Assembly: GCF_006345805.1 (NCBI RefSeq)
Contig: NC_043002.1
Coordinates: 60,884,001-60,948,000, forward strand
DNA length: 64,000 bases
Source: Octopus sinensis
Lineage: Eukaryota
Direction: 5' to 3'
A program made the translations under genes and the position numbers. Shown here in pieces: positions 51,440 through 63,264 of the stretch (position 1 is its first letter; every line of letters starts with the position of its first letter). The notes beneath the pieces were generated by a model. That model was not told the origin of the DNA. It saw only the letters and a program-made list of their open reading frames with translations, and searched no databases.

Positions 51440-51800
51440 GTGAAGTAGATAATAGCAGGACCTGAGACAACACCAGGCCTGCTGAAGGGAAAACTATCTT
51501 AATTCCCAAATCTACTGGTACGGCATACCCACAAAACTACAGACCTATAAAATGTCGTAGAGTTTGGGCAAGTATTTGCAAGAAGATGTCTGGCTTCCAA
51601 AATGGCAGAAGGCATGTTTCAAGGGCTCATAATGCTGTAGTGCTTAGTTATTGATTAATAAAGCCATAACTGAAGACAGCCGAAAGGAAAAGATATCTCT
51701 AAGTCTGGATTGGATCGATTATCGAAAGGCTTTTGATAGTACTCCCCAAATATGGATCCTAGAAACACAAACCATGAACCAGTAATCATAAAACACAAAA
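51440..51800 (+). mobile_element. R4/Dong RT relic
   Basis: GGGAAAACTATCTTAATTCCCAAATC..CTACAGACCTATAA..AAAGCCATAACTGAAGACAGCC..AAAGGCTTTTGATAGTA matches the reverse complement of 19470-19790. Confidence 0.65.
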
Positions 51801-52131
51801 ATTCTGGGTACCGCGCATATCCTACGTAACGCACTTTCGTTGATGCGAACATTGTCTTACATCATTTTAGGGCGATAAAATAAGAACCAGTTGATTACTT
51901 GTTTCGATATAATTGTCGAGTCCCTTCCTGCCAGGTTTCAGGCCTTGTGCCTGCATTAGAAATAATTATTATTTAGGGATTATTTGAAACATATATCTTA
52001 TGAACAAACATAGTTGCAACTTTTTTTTTCTTACGAAAATATCACAGCATTATAACGACTCTTTTAATCAAAGGTCACGATATACATAATTCAGTAATTT
52101 ATAAACGCGAACCGAAAATGTAAACACATAC

Positions 52132-52174
<43 letters not shown>

Positions 52175-52276
52175 ATATAGATATACACATATATACAGAG
52201 GCATACACATGTATCTTTATATATATATATATGCACATATAGATATACACATATATACAGAGGCATACACATGTAT

Positions 52277-52320
<44 letters not shown>

Positions 52321-52719
52321 TGTGTGTGTGTGTTTAAGATGTATTTATGTACTGGCGTATATAATCCGTTTGCCGCCATTACATTGCTGAATTATTTATC
52401 TCATAATGACTCAACTTGTCAACTTTTCGTTATTCTCCCATTAAAATCTCTTTTATTAACACCATATATTAAGATATCATCTGGTAAGTATTTTTCATAG
52501 ATCTAACACCAAGTTCTTGAATGTGATTTTAAAATGTTTAAGATTATATCACGATTCGTTCGTTTTTGAAGATCAAATAACAGAATGTTGGCCTGTCGCT
52601 AAGTTATGGTCTTTATTAGCATTGGTTGTGATAGGGTCGTTGACTCCATAAAGAAAAGTTACAAGAACACATAGAATTTGAAATCAATCACAGTGAAAAG
52701 TAAAGTAGAAAATTGATTC

Positions 52720-53110
52720 ATATTCTTTTCTACTCTAAGCACAAGGTACGACATTTTGGGTGAGTGGGATCGACTCCAGTGCGCAACTGGTACTTAATTT
52801 ATTGATCCCCCAAAGGATGAAAGACAAAGTCGACTTCGGTGCAATTTGAACTCAGAACGTAGCGGCAGACGAAATACCTATTTCTTCACTACCCACAAGG
52901 GGTTAAACACAGAGGGGACAAACAAGGACAGAGAAACGGATTAAGTCGATTATATCGACCCCAGTGCGTAACTGGTACTTAATTTATCGACCCCGAAAAG
53001 ATGAAAAGCAAAGTCGACCTCGGCGGAATTTGAACTCAGAATGTAAAGACAGACGAAATACCACTAAGCGTTTAGCCCATGTGTGCTAACGATTCTTCCA
53101 GCTCGCCGCT
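52720..53110 (-). mobile_element. SINE family C
   Basis: Reverse complement of 44200-44550, with two internal subunits. Confidence 0.85.
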
Positions 53111-53140
53111 TTAAATTAATTCATATTAAAGTTATCAGCT

Positions 53141-53340
53141 TACGATGGGGCGCTGAAAATTTTCCGATTTTAAGGAGGGCCAACATTCCGAGTTCTTTTA
53201 CAGGGCTTACAAAAACTGAAGGACCGCTGCAATAAGCGTGTGAATGTGAATGGGAAATGTGTTGAATAAAATCATATTTACCAGATCCTGCTATATTTTC
53301 TTTTACTCAAAGCCAGGAACTTTTCATCCCCCACTTCATA
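53141..53340 (+). mobile_element. Mariner-derived MITE, copy 1
   Basis: TA-flanked TIRs (TACGATGGGGCGCTGAAAA / GGAACTTTTCATCCCC..TA); internal LKDRCNKRVNVNGKCVE* resembles the mariner transposase C-terminus. Confidence 0.7.
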
Positions 53341-53369
53341 TTTTATACATACACATATATATATATATA

Positions 53370-53650
53370 TATATCATCACGTGACCGACCAGTCCATCAG
53401 ATGTAGTTACACATCGCTGGTCACAATGCGTTCGCATTGTTTTAGCCTTCGAATGACGCCACCCCGCTGGCTAAGCGAGCAGGCCAACAGAAGAAAGAGT
53501 GGGAGAAAGAGTGGTGCAAGAGTACAGCAGAGATCACCACCCCCTGCCGGAGCCTCGTGGAGCTTTTAGGTGTTTTCGCTCAATAAACACTCACAACGCC
53601 CGGTCTGGGAATCGAAACCGCGATCCTACGACCGCGAGTCCGCTGCCCTA
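53370..53650 (-). mobile_element. SINE family B variant
   Basis: CCCTGCCGGAGCCTCGTGGAGCTTTTAGGTGTTTTCGCTCAATAAACACTCACAACGCCCGGTCTGGGAATCGAAACC, as at 33880-33960. Confidence 0.8.
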
Positions 53651-53661
53651 TATATATATAT

Positions 53662-53702
<41 letters not shown>

Positions 53703-53738
53703 GAGAGAAAGAGAGAGAGAGACACACACACATACACA

Positions 53739-53940
53739 TGTGAGGGGTAGCTGAAAAGTTCTTGGCTTTAAGTGTGTCGCGAAAGGCCCGAAGCTTCCAA
53801 GTTTTTCTACAACGCTTAGAAAAACTGAAGGACCACCGCAATAAGTGTGTGGATCTGAGAAGGAAATAAAATCATAATTAACTGATCCCCCTGTATTTTC
53901 TTTTGCACAAAGTCAGGAACACTTCGGCCCTCACCACGTA
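53739..53940 (+). mobile_element. Mariner-derived MITE, copy 2
   Basis: TGAGGGGTAGCTGAAAAGTTCTTGGC..AAAACTGAAGGACCACCGCAATAAGTGTGTG..CAGGAACACTTCGGCCCTCACCACGTA; homologous to 53141-53340. Confidence 0.7.
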
Positions 53941-54299
53941 TTTCTATTTGAAAAAAAAAAACTACATAAACGATATGAATTGTGATTCTTTGGTTGATTG
54001 GTCGATTGGCTAGCTGATTGGTTGGTCAGTTGGTCAGTTTGTTGTATAGTTGTTCTAGTTACGTTTTAAATAGTATAAATAGAAAGGGAGAAAGAGAGGG
54101 AGTAGTAAAGAAAAACAGAAACCCTTAAAGTAAGTGGTGGTGGATGAGTGTACATACTTGGTTTAATGGCAGGCAATGAGTAAATGAACGCTACACCTAC
54201 ACACAGACACCCAATGGGAGTGAAAGGACCATAGAGGAGGAGTTGCAGTAAATGACCGACATGGGTTTTTCAAGGAGTAGACTGTGATTATTCTTTTAT

Positions 54300-54600
54300 A
54301 TGACTCAGTCATTAGACTGCGGCCATGCTGAGGCAGCAGCTTAAAAAAATCTTAGTCGAATGAATCAATTCCAGTACTCATGTTTTTAAAACCTGGTACT
54401 TATTCTATCGGTATCTTTTGCCGAACCGCTACATACACACACACACGACGGGCTTTCGTCAAACCAAATCTACTCGCAAGGCTTTCGTCGGCTAGGGGTT
54501 ACAGTAGAAAACACTCGTCTAAGGAGTCACACAACGCTACTGAACCCGGCATTCTGTGGTTGAAAAACAATCTTCTAACCACATGACCATGCCTGCGCCT
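54300..54600 (-). mobile_element. SINE family A, degenerate
   Basis: Reverse tail TCAGTCATTAGACTGCGGCCATGCTG and reverse core CGACGGGCTTTC..CCAAATCTACTCGCAAGGCTTT. Confidence 0.7.
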
Positions 54601-56430
54601 GATCAAAATTCAAAAATTAATAAAATATGTGTTGAAAATATACAAATTAGAATTTATTTTATCCAATTTTATTTTCAATTAATAAATATTTGTCTTTCGA
54701 AAGTTAATTTCCATTTCATTATTTTTTATAAGCGCTAGGAAGCTTGATAAACTTTATATTTAATCTTCTACTTCTTTCAGCCATTAGACTCTGCCATATC
54801 TCGTGATGTTACGCTTCTCTCTTAACCCTGCTCTATTAACTCTGTATATGTCAACGAGGCGACGGACAGTTAGTTTAGAGAGATGTTAGTTGAAGTTTAT
54901 GGCACACTTCGTTGCTATTATGTTAAACTGTCGTATGTCCAAATTTGGCCAAACGCGTTTTTATTAGTTTTTTGTCACTATTGTTTTTGCTTCCAATAGC
55001 CAGTTCTTTTGGTCAAACTATCGTATCTCCAGCTGCTTCAGATGCCACAATATCAAAAATTGGTAAAGTATAGTATTATGGTTTTGCTATGAAAAGTTGA
55101 AATTATATATTTTTTTTCCATTTTCCGTAAAAGCAACGCTTTGCAAAATATCAACGATTTGTAGTCTAAAACTGTAGTGCTTGTTAAATGTACCGGTTGT
55201 TCAACTCCTTGTGTTAGCGTTTCTCTTACTCTTTTAATCATCTCTGCTTTATACAAGATTGAAGAAACTTCAATTGACGATTGCAAATAAATGGGATGCA
55301 TTGAGTCTGCTCAGCACCGGCAGATCTAACAGAATTTACTCATCTGATTACCATAGAAAAGTAATTGCTTCATCCGGTCTCTTAACATCTACAAAATGAT
55401 GTTTTCCAGGATTGGGGGAGCATTAATGCGAGATCAACGCATATTGAAGGAGAAGATTGAGTACATTGTGACTGAATTAGCGTTGTTGAGTTTCCAGTTC
55501 GAGTTGTTCATGCACTTGGAATTACCTTTATTCATCCGTTCCACATGTCTTGTATCTAGTCCTGCTGGGTTTCTAGCAACCCTTTTCACCAGGCAAACCT
55601 AGTGGGAGGTGCCCGTTTGCTTCTCGATGACCCGATCGTGCAAACAGGAGATTGTGGATTCCGTGTTACCCCGGTAGTAGTCATGAGATATCGCACAAGT
55701 GATCTGGCCGGATGAACTTAGTGTAGATTCGGTGACTATCTAGCAATAACACGGGCTCTGAGAAATTTAGGATTGATGCCCGGCGTGCTGGGAGATCATT
55801 GGCAGTAAGGCACCTCTTAGCTTTTGTTAAAGCATGTCTCTAGTACATGTTTCACACCCATACTGCGTCTTGTTTGATAATTGGCGATGATTTAGAGAGT
55901 GAATCTTCTGCAACAGTCGACAATCGACGGTAAGACGAGCTGCGACTGATCACACTGACCTAAAGTGTATATACATGTGTCCGAGGACCACATGGGAATT
56001 TTTATTTCCACTAAAACTTCGAACATGAACAACTCGTTGCTCGGAGCTTGCTCAACCCATCCCGGGTGAATGCCGCCACAAGCATTTGGGATTACCAGAT
56101 TCAAAATGGGGAAATCATGATGATTTTCCATGCGGGGCAGTAAACGATATACGCATATAAGCTTTTTGTGTGCGTCATGTAATAACCCGTCGATTTCAAT
56201 ATATGGGAGACCAGTTGTTCGGCCAAATTTAACAACCTATTAATTGAATTAATAGGTAATGAGAGGTAATTGAGTATTCCTTGGCATGTGTACTCATCGC
56301 CGTAACGCATTTTCAGCTTGAACCTGCACGACATATTATGATAAGAAGTACAGCTACAATCCATCTGATCAGCTTCTTCACAGTTTCTGTCTATCCAAAT
56401 TTATCATGGATGGAGTCAAGATTATGTGTA

Positions 56431-56849
56431 TTTGGTTTATTTCAGTTATTGGACTGCTGGCATACTGGAGCAACGTTCTGAAGTCTTTATTCGAGGGAAT
56501 TGACACCATTTTAAAATCTTGTAGTTAACTCTATAGGTTTGTTTTCACGGAACAGCTGAATGACGATGTAAAGAAACCAACTACAATTGTCGAAGTGGGG
56601 GTGGGTGAAGAAGTAAACACAAGCAGCCCCTCCCCCATATATATATATATATGAGGGAGGCGGGGCATGTGTGTGTGTATGTGTGTGCGTGGCACGTTTG
56701 TGCTTGCTTCGCCAATCACTCCCCACTTCGACTGTTCCGTAAAAGCGAACCTATAAAGTTAGTAACCAGATTTCAAAATGTCGTCGATTTGCTTGACTTC
56801 AGAACGTTACTCCAATATGGTAGCAGTCTAATAACTGAAATAAACCAAA
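56431..56849. mobile_element. MITE/foldback element with ~120-bp imperfect TIRs
   Basis: 56431-56555 is the imperfect reverse complement of 56732-56849. Confidence 0.75.
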
Positions 56850-57299
56850 CATAAAAAAGATAAAATGTCTATGTCTTTTTTTTACATAAGATCATAGGAA
56901 ACTACAGGAATTTCTCTTCAAGAGAAACCATAAAGTCATACCCAAATGACTAGGAGCTATGTGGGATTCGTATACAGACAAAAATGTTGGCTCTATAGTA
57001 TAAATTTAAACACGTTGGATGATTTAGTTCTTACTTTATCACAATATATTAAATTTCTATTCAAATCTTTTAAAACTTACGTCATAGATTTTTTGCTTAC
57101 TATACATATCAAACAATTATCATTGTGAAATATGTAGCAACGTGGAAGATTTTAGTAAATATTTTATGAAAAGATATACGAGTCATAAATATATATTTAT
57201 TTATTTCAGATGCAACAAGAAAGCAGACGATATTTGTTTCCCAACAAAATTATCAAAATTTTGTGATTTGATATATGCGCACGTGTCAATGTGTGTGTA

Positions 57300-57371
<72 letters not shown>

Positions 57372-57514
57372 TAATGTCTTTTGTTTTTCTATAAATTTCA
57401 ACTATCTACTAATAGGTAAGTTTTTATGTGTATTTGAGTATGTGTGTGCATGTCTGTGAATATGTAAACACACACACATGTATATACTGTGTGTATATAT
57501 ATATATATATATAT

Positions 57515-57558
<44 letters not shown>

Positions 57559-58043
57559 GATTTGGAGTGATGTACAAATATTGTATACTTAGAATAATAA
57601 GGTAGTCAGAATGTTGGATGATTATATATATATATTTTTTGTACATTTCGTTTACATTTTTAGCGCTTTCTTCCGTTATCAGATTTATCACAAAATGGTT
57701 TAAAGTTAGATTTCTTGGGGTTTTTATACATACAGAATTTTCTGTTGTTTGCAAATCATGGGCGTAGAAAGAAGAAAAAATATTTGAGGCTGGGTGCACA
57801 ACCAAAAATGAATTTCAAGGTAGGCAGAACAATTTAAAACGTCCGTTGGCTACGTTTACCCAATGCAAGAATACAGCATTTAAGTTGATGCTCATAGACC
57901 AACATGTGAATGCACTATTAGATAATATATATATAGAGAGAGAGAGAGACATATACGTATGTATTTATAACGTAGTCAGAATGCTTCGTTATATATAGAA
58001 GGAACCACATGAGCTCCCCACCAAGAGAAACTAGGTGTGCGAT

Positions 58044-58094
<51 letters not shown>

Positions 58095-58250
58095 TATATA
58101 TTATATATATATATATGCATTTATGTATATATATATATATATATATAATATATATATATATAATCAACTAATGAGGGTGATTTTATGTGGCTGAAGCTCA
58201 ATGGATCTATTTTTAGTGCTAGAGTAGACCACCTAGTGGTCGCTCTCTTA

Positions 58251-58289
<39 letters not shown>

Positions 58290-58531
58290 TTATTTATTTA
58301 TAATAGAAATATTAAAATTACTAAGTCTCTCTAAAAGAGATTACGGCAGCGTTACTGGAAATTAATTGTTATCGCCATATTAATATGGCAGTCTTATAGA
58401 TATAAGACTAAAAGCTGTCGCTGATTAGCTCCATGAGGCCATCGCCTTAAGATAGCTATTTGACACACAAACTGTGTCCATTATAACCTTCGAACAAGGG
58501 AGGTCAGCCGCTTCACACTGCCAGTCAGACA

Positions 58532-58574
58532 GCTACAGACGCGTTTCAGGGTATTTGCCCTTTGTCAATGTAGC
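58532..58574 (-). ncRNA. Minimal hammerhead (U3:A8), R1 copy 2 left arm
   Basis: GCTACA TTGACAA AGGG CAAATA CCCT GAAA CGC GTC TGTAGC. Confidence 0.82.
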
Positions 58575-58644
58575 GTAGTCGAAACTAGGTAAATAAAACC
58601 TTCGAACAGAGACGATCAGTGGCGACACCTGCTGGGTCGACTAC

Positions 58645-58687
58645 GCTATATTGACAAAGGGCAAATACCCTGAAACGCGTCTGTAGC
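58645..58687 (+). ncRNA. Minimal hammerhead (U3:A8), R1 copy 2 right arm
   Basis: GCTATA TTGACAA AGGG CAAATA CCCT GAAA CGC GTC TGTAGC. Confidence 0.8.
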
Positions 58688-58848
58688 TGTCTGACTGGCA
58701 GTGTGAAGCGGCTGACCTCCCTTGTTCGAAGGTTATAATGGACACAGTTTGTGTGTCAAAAAGCTATCTTAAGGCGATGGCCTCATGGAGCTAATCAGCG
58801 ACAGCTTTTAGTCTTATATCTATAAGACTGCCATATTAATATGGCGAT

Positions 58849-58898
<50 letters not shown>

Positions 58899-58904
58899 TA
58901 TATA

Positions 58905-59312
58905 TACTCTTTACTCTTTACTCTTTTACTTGTTTCAGTCATTTGACTGCGGCCATGCTGGAGCACCGCCTTTAGTCGAGCAACTCGACCCCGGGACTTA
59001 TTCTTTGTTATCCCAGTACTTATTCTATCGGTCTCTTTTTGCCGAACCGCTAAGTGACGGGGACATAAACACACCAGCATCAGTTGTCAAACAATGCTAG
59101 GGGGACAAACACAGACACACAAACACACACACACATATATATATATATACATATATACGACAGGCTTCTTTCAGTTTCCGTCTACCAAATCCACTCACAA
59201 GGCATTGTTCGGCCCGGGGCTATAGCAGAAGACACTTGCCCAAGATGCCACGCAGTGGGACTGAACCCGGAACCATGTGGTTGGTTAGCAAGCTACTTAC
59301 CACACAGCCACT
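58905..59312 (-). mobile_element. SINE family A, complete and well preserved
   Basis: Reverse complement: GAGTGGCTGTGTGGTAAG..CCGGGTTCAGTCCCACTGCGTGGC..tail GGCGGTGCTCCAGCATGGCCGCAGTCAAATGACTGAAACAAG(TAAAAGAG)n. Confidence 0.88.
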
Positions 59313-59324
59313 CCTATATATATA

Positions 59325-59870
59325 TTTCTTTATTGCCCACACGGGGGATAAACGTAAAGGGAACAAACAAGGACAGACGAAGGAATTCGGTCGATTACAT
59401 CAACGCCAGACCTCAGCGGAACTGGAACTTTGAACGTAAGTCATACGAAATACCGTTAAGCATTTCGCCAGGCGGGATAGCGATTCTGCCACCTCGTCAG
59501 CTTATCGCTTTTAAGCCGGATATATGTAACAAAAATCTTACACATATTGGATGATGTGAGTTTGATCCCGAAAGAATTAAAGGCAAAGTCAACCTCGATG
59601 GAATTTGAACTTAGAACATAATAGCAGACAAAATACCTATTTCTTTACTACCCACAAGGGGGTAAACACAGAGGGGACAAACAAGGACAGACAAACGGAT
59701 TAAGTCGATTACATCGACCCTAGTGCGTAACTGGTACTTAATTTATCGACCCCGAAACGATGAAAGGCAAAGTCGACCTCGGCGGAATTTGAACTCAGAA
59801 CGTAACGGCAGACGGAATACTGCTACGCATTTCGCCCGGCGGGCTAACGTTTCTGCCCGCTCGCTCCCAA
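59325..59870 (-). mobile_element. SINE family C, composite
   Basis: Reverse complement of the 43960-44550 subunits. Confidence 0.8.
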
Positions 59871-60437
59871 GGACAAATGTTTTCTACAAGAGACCTTCAC
59901 CGACTAATGGCTTGTAAGTGAATTTCGTCCCCTTAACTTAGAGGTTCGGCAAAAAGAAAAACCATAGGGTAAGAAGCAGACTTCGAAAGAAATAAATACT
60001 CGGGTCGGTTTGTTCGACATGACCTTTCAAGTCAGTGCCCTTACATGGCTGCTGTGCCATCCCTGAAGACAAGGGAGATGTTGTAAGAATTTGTGTGTGT
60101 GTGTGTATTTGCATGTGTCTGTGAGCGTGTGTTTGCGTGCATGAGAGCAAGAGAGGGAGCGAGAGGAAGAGACGATGTGACTGAGTGAGGGTGAGAGTAA
60201 GAGTGTTATACACAGGAAGAGAAAAAAGTAGAGAAAGAAAGAGAAATGGTGTGAGAGAGAGAGAGAGAAAGAGAGACAAGAGACCGAGCGATAGTGTCCC
60301 CGTAATAGAGCTAGCTGATCAGTATAAGCGAATCGATAGAATAAGGAACAGGCTTACAAGAAATGCGGTGGATTTGTTCAATTAAAGTAGGATTCAATAG
60401 GAGTGGACCCCATGAGGTAGGGAACATCGCTAATACA

Positions 60438-60953
60438 GAATTTCAAGGTAGGGAAGCAAGCAATAAAATTCCCGCGGTTATAGTTTGCTGCTCCGGTATG
60501 ACCACAGTCCAATAACTGAAGAATGCATTAAGTAATATATACGGACATGTATTTAAAACAAAAAGTCTGATTTTTGGTTATATATTGGGGGATCCACATG
60601 AGCTCCCCAGCAAGAGAAACTAGAAAGTCATACTCAACCGACTATCTAGGATATGCGATTATTTGGACAGGGACAAAGTCGGATATATATAACAAGAATG
60701 TCAAATACATTGGATGATTTGGGATTTAATTTATTGAGAAATATTAAATTACTGTTCAAAACTATTAAAAAATCACTGATAGTCTTCTCTTTTACTGCCC
60801 ATATCAAATAATTTTCTTAGAGAAATAGGTAGCATTATTGAAGGTTTTGACAAATTATTCTTATGAAAGAGGATGACGTGTTTATAATTTTAAACAAATA
60901 CACACGCGTCTACGTTGGATGATATAAACATATAACTATCTCCCTTTATTTCT

Positions 60954-60997
<44 letters not shown>

Positions 60998-63228
60998 ACT
61001 CACTCACTCACTCTGTCACTCATCCCTCTGTTTCTCTCACTCTAAACACACATACAGACGTACATACATACATAGATACATACATACATACATACATACA
61101 GACCGACAGACCGACAGACAGACACACCCATGTTGCATAATTAAGAAAGTTGTTTGCAGTCACTCAGGTTTTGGTTCTGTCCAACTGCATGGCACCTGGG
61201 TCGAATGGTTTCTACAAGAGATCCGAGCCGACTGATAGCTTGTAAGTAAATCGTGACCTTAACCCAGAGTTTCGGCAAACGGAAACAAATGAAGAACCAG
61301 ACTTTAAAAAAAAACATGTATTGTGGTCGCATTGTTCGACTAAACCGTTCAAGGCAGCACCCCCTGCATGGCTGCTGTGCCATCCCTGGAGACAAGGGAT
61401 ACGTTGTGTGTGGAGGGAGGGGTGGTATGTGTGTGCGTGTTACTAAGCAAGAGACAGAAAGAGAGAGACATGGAGAGAAAGACAGATAGATGGGGTTAGT
61501 GAGAGAGACGGAGGCTGAGAAAAAGGAGAGAGGGCGGGGAGGGAATGATACCGTCCCCGTTATATAGCTAACTGTTTAGTAAAAGCGAGTCGATCGAATA
61601 GGAACTAGGCTTAAAAGAAATGGGATGGATACGTTCGATGAATGCAGATATGGCCTATAATTGAAGGGGATCTGGCCGTCTGACAAGACCTATTATGAGG
61701 CAGGGTGCAGTACTAAAAAGGAATTTCAAGGTAGGCAGAACAATTAAAAAAGTGATGTTGGCTACATTTGTCCATTACAAGACTAAAGCTTTGAAATTGA
61801 TGCTGCAGCATGACCGCGGACCAACAACTTAATGCAGTAGTAAATAATATATATATATATATAAAATACACGTATGTATTTATAAGTAAGAGCCTGATTT
61901 TTGGTTATATATAATAGGAGCCTCATGAGCTCCCTAGCAAGAGGAACAAGAAAGTCATTCTCAACCGACTATCAAAGAAATGCGATATTTTTTTTATTAT
62001 GATAATAATTATCTGACACAGACAGAACAAACAGATAAATGTGAAAATGAGTTCGGATAAAACTCAATTTTAAAATTTTTGATGATTATATGATATATAG
62101 TATATAATATATTTTACATTTTTGTGGCTAGCGGGTGGATTCACCCTGATGGCCGAAAAGCCCAGCGACAATACCTTTATCTTTCTCCATGGTGATTAAA
62201 GCCGAGTCACTTGCACCCACTTTTCTTACCACTGCCTTCCATCTTTTCTCCAACACACCTCGCGACAGTCGTCTCCTCTTCAGCCCTATCTTGCTCTTCG
62301 GATGATATCTGAAATAAGTGAGTAAACCGGGGCCAGAGATGAAGATTCCATCACGAGTCCTTGCATTTTTGTCTACCATAACCACTCTTTTCAACACTTC
62401 CACGGTAAGGAGAAAACAAAAGCCTCTTCTCCAGCTTTATCTTGCTTTTCAGGTGATACCTAAAGTAGAGCAGCATTCCATTGCCGGATGTGAAGGCTCC
62501 TGTCTCGATCCCTTGCATTCTAGTTCTCCATGTACATTCTTTCATTACTGCGACTGTACATAAAAAGCAAGCCTCATCCTGTTTGGATAATCCGGTGGGC
62601 GGTACACTCTTGATCACAATCTGAAATGATAGCTGTACTCTTCCTAGGTGTGACAGCAAGTGTTCATAAAGTAGCGCATACGACTAATTTCAAGGTAAGG
62701 AAGCAAGCAATAAAATTCCTGCGGTTATAGTTTGCCCTTAGCAAGACTAAAGCTTTCAAGTTGCTGCTCCGGTATGACCACAGTCCAATAACTGAAGAAT
62801 GCATTAAGTAATATATACGGACATGTATTTAAAACAAAAAGTCTGATTTTTGGTTATATATTGGGGGAGCCACATGAGCGCCCCAGCAAGAGAAACTAGA
62901 AAGTCATACTCAACCGACTATCTAGGATATGCGATTATTTGGACAGGGACAAAGTCGGATATATATAACAAGAATGTCAAATACATTGGATGATTTGGGA
63001 TTTAATTTATTGAGAAATATTAAATTACTGTTCAAAACTATTAAAAAATCACTGATAGTCTTCTCTTTTACTGCCCATATCAAATAATTTTCTTAGAGAA
63101 ATAGGTAGCATTATTGAAGGTTTTGACAAATTATTCTTATGAAAGAGGATGACGTGTTTATAATTTTAAACAAATACACACGCGTCTACGTTGGATGATA
63201 TAAACATATAACTATCTCCCTTTATTTC

Positions 63229-63264
<36 letters not shown>

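Larger units (their letters stand above)
58301..58854. mobile_element. Palindromic hammerhead-bearing element (family R1), copy 2
   Basis: Same left end (TAATAGAAATATTAAAATTAC) and right end (GGCGATAACAAT) as copy 1; arms 58365-58582 and 58637-58854 are near-perfect inverted repeats; sits in (TA)n. Confidence 0.88.
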
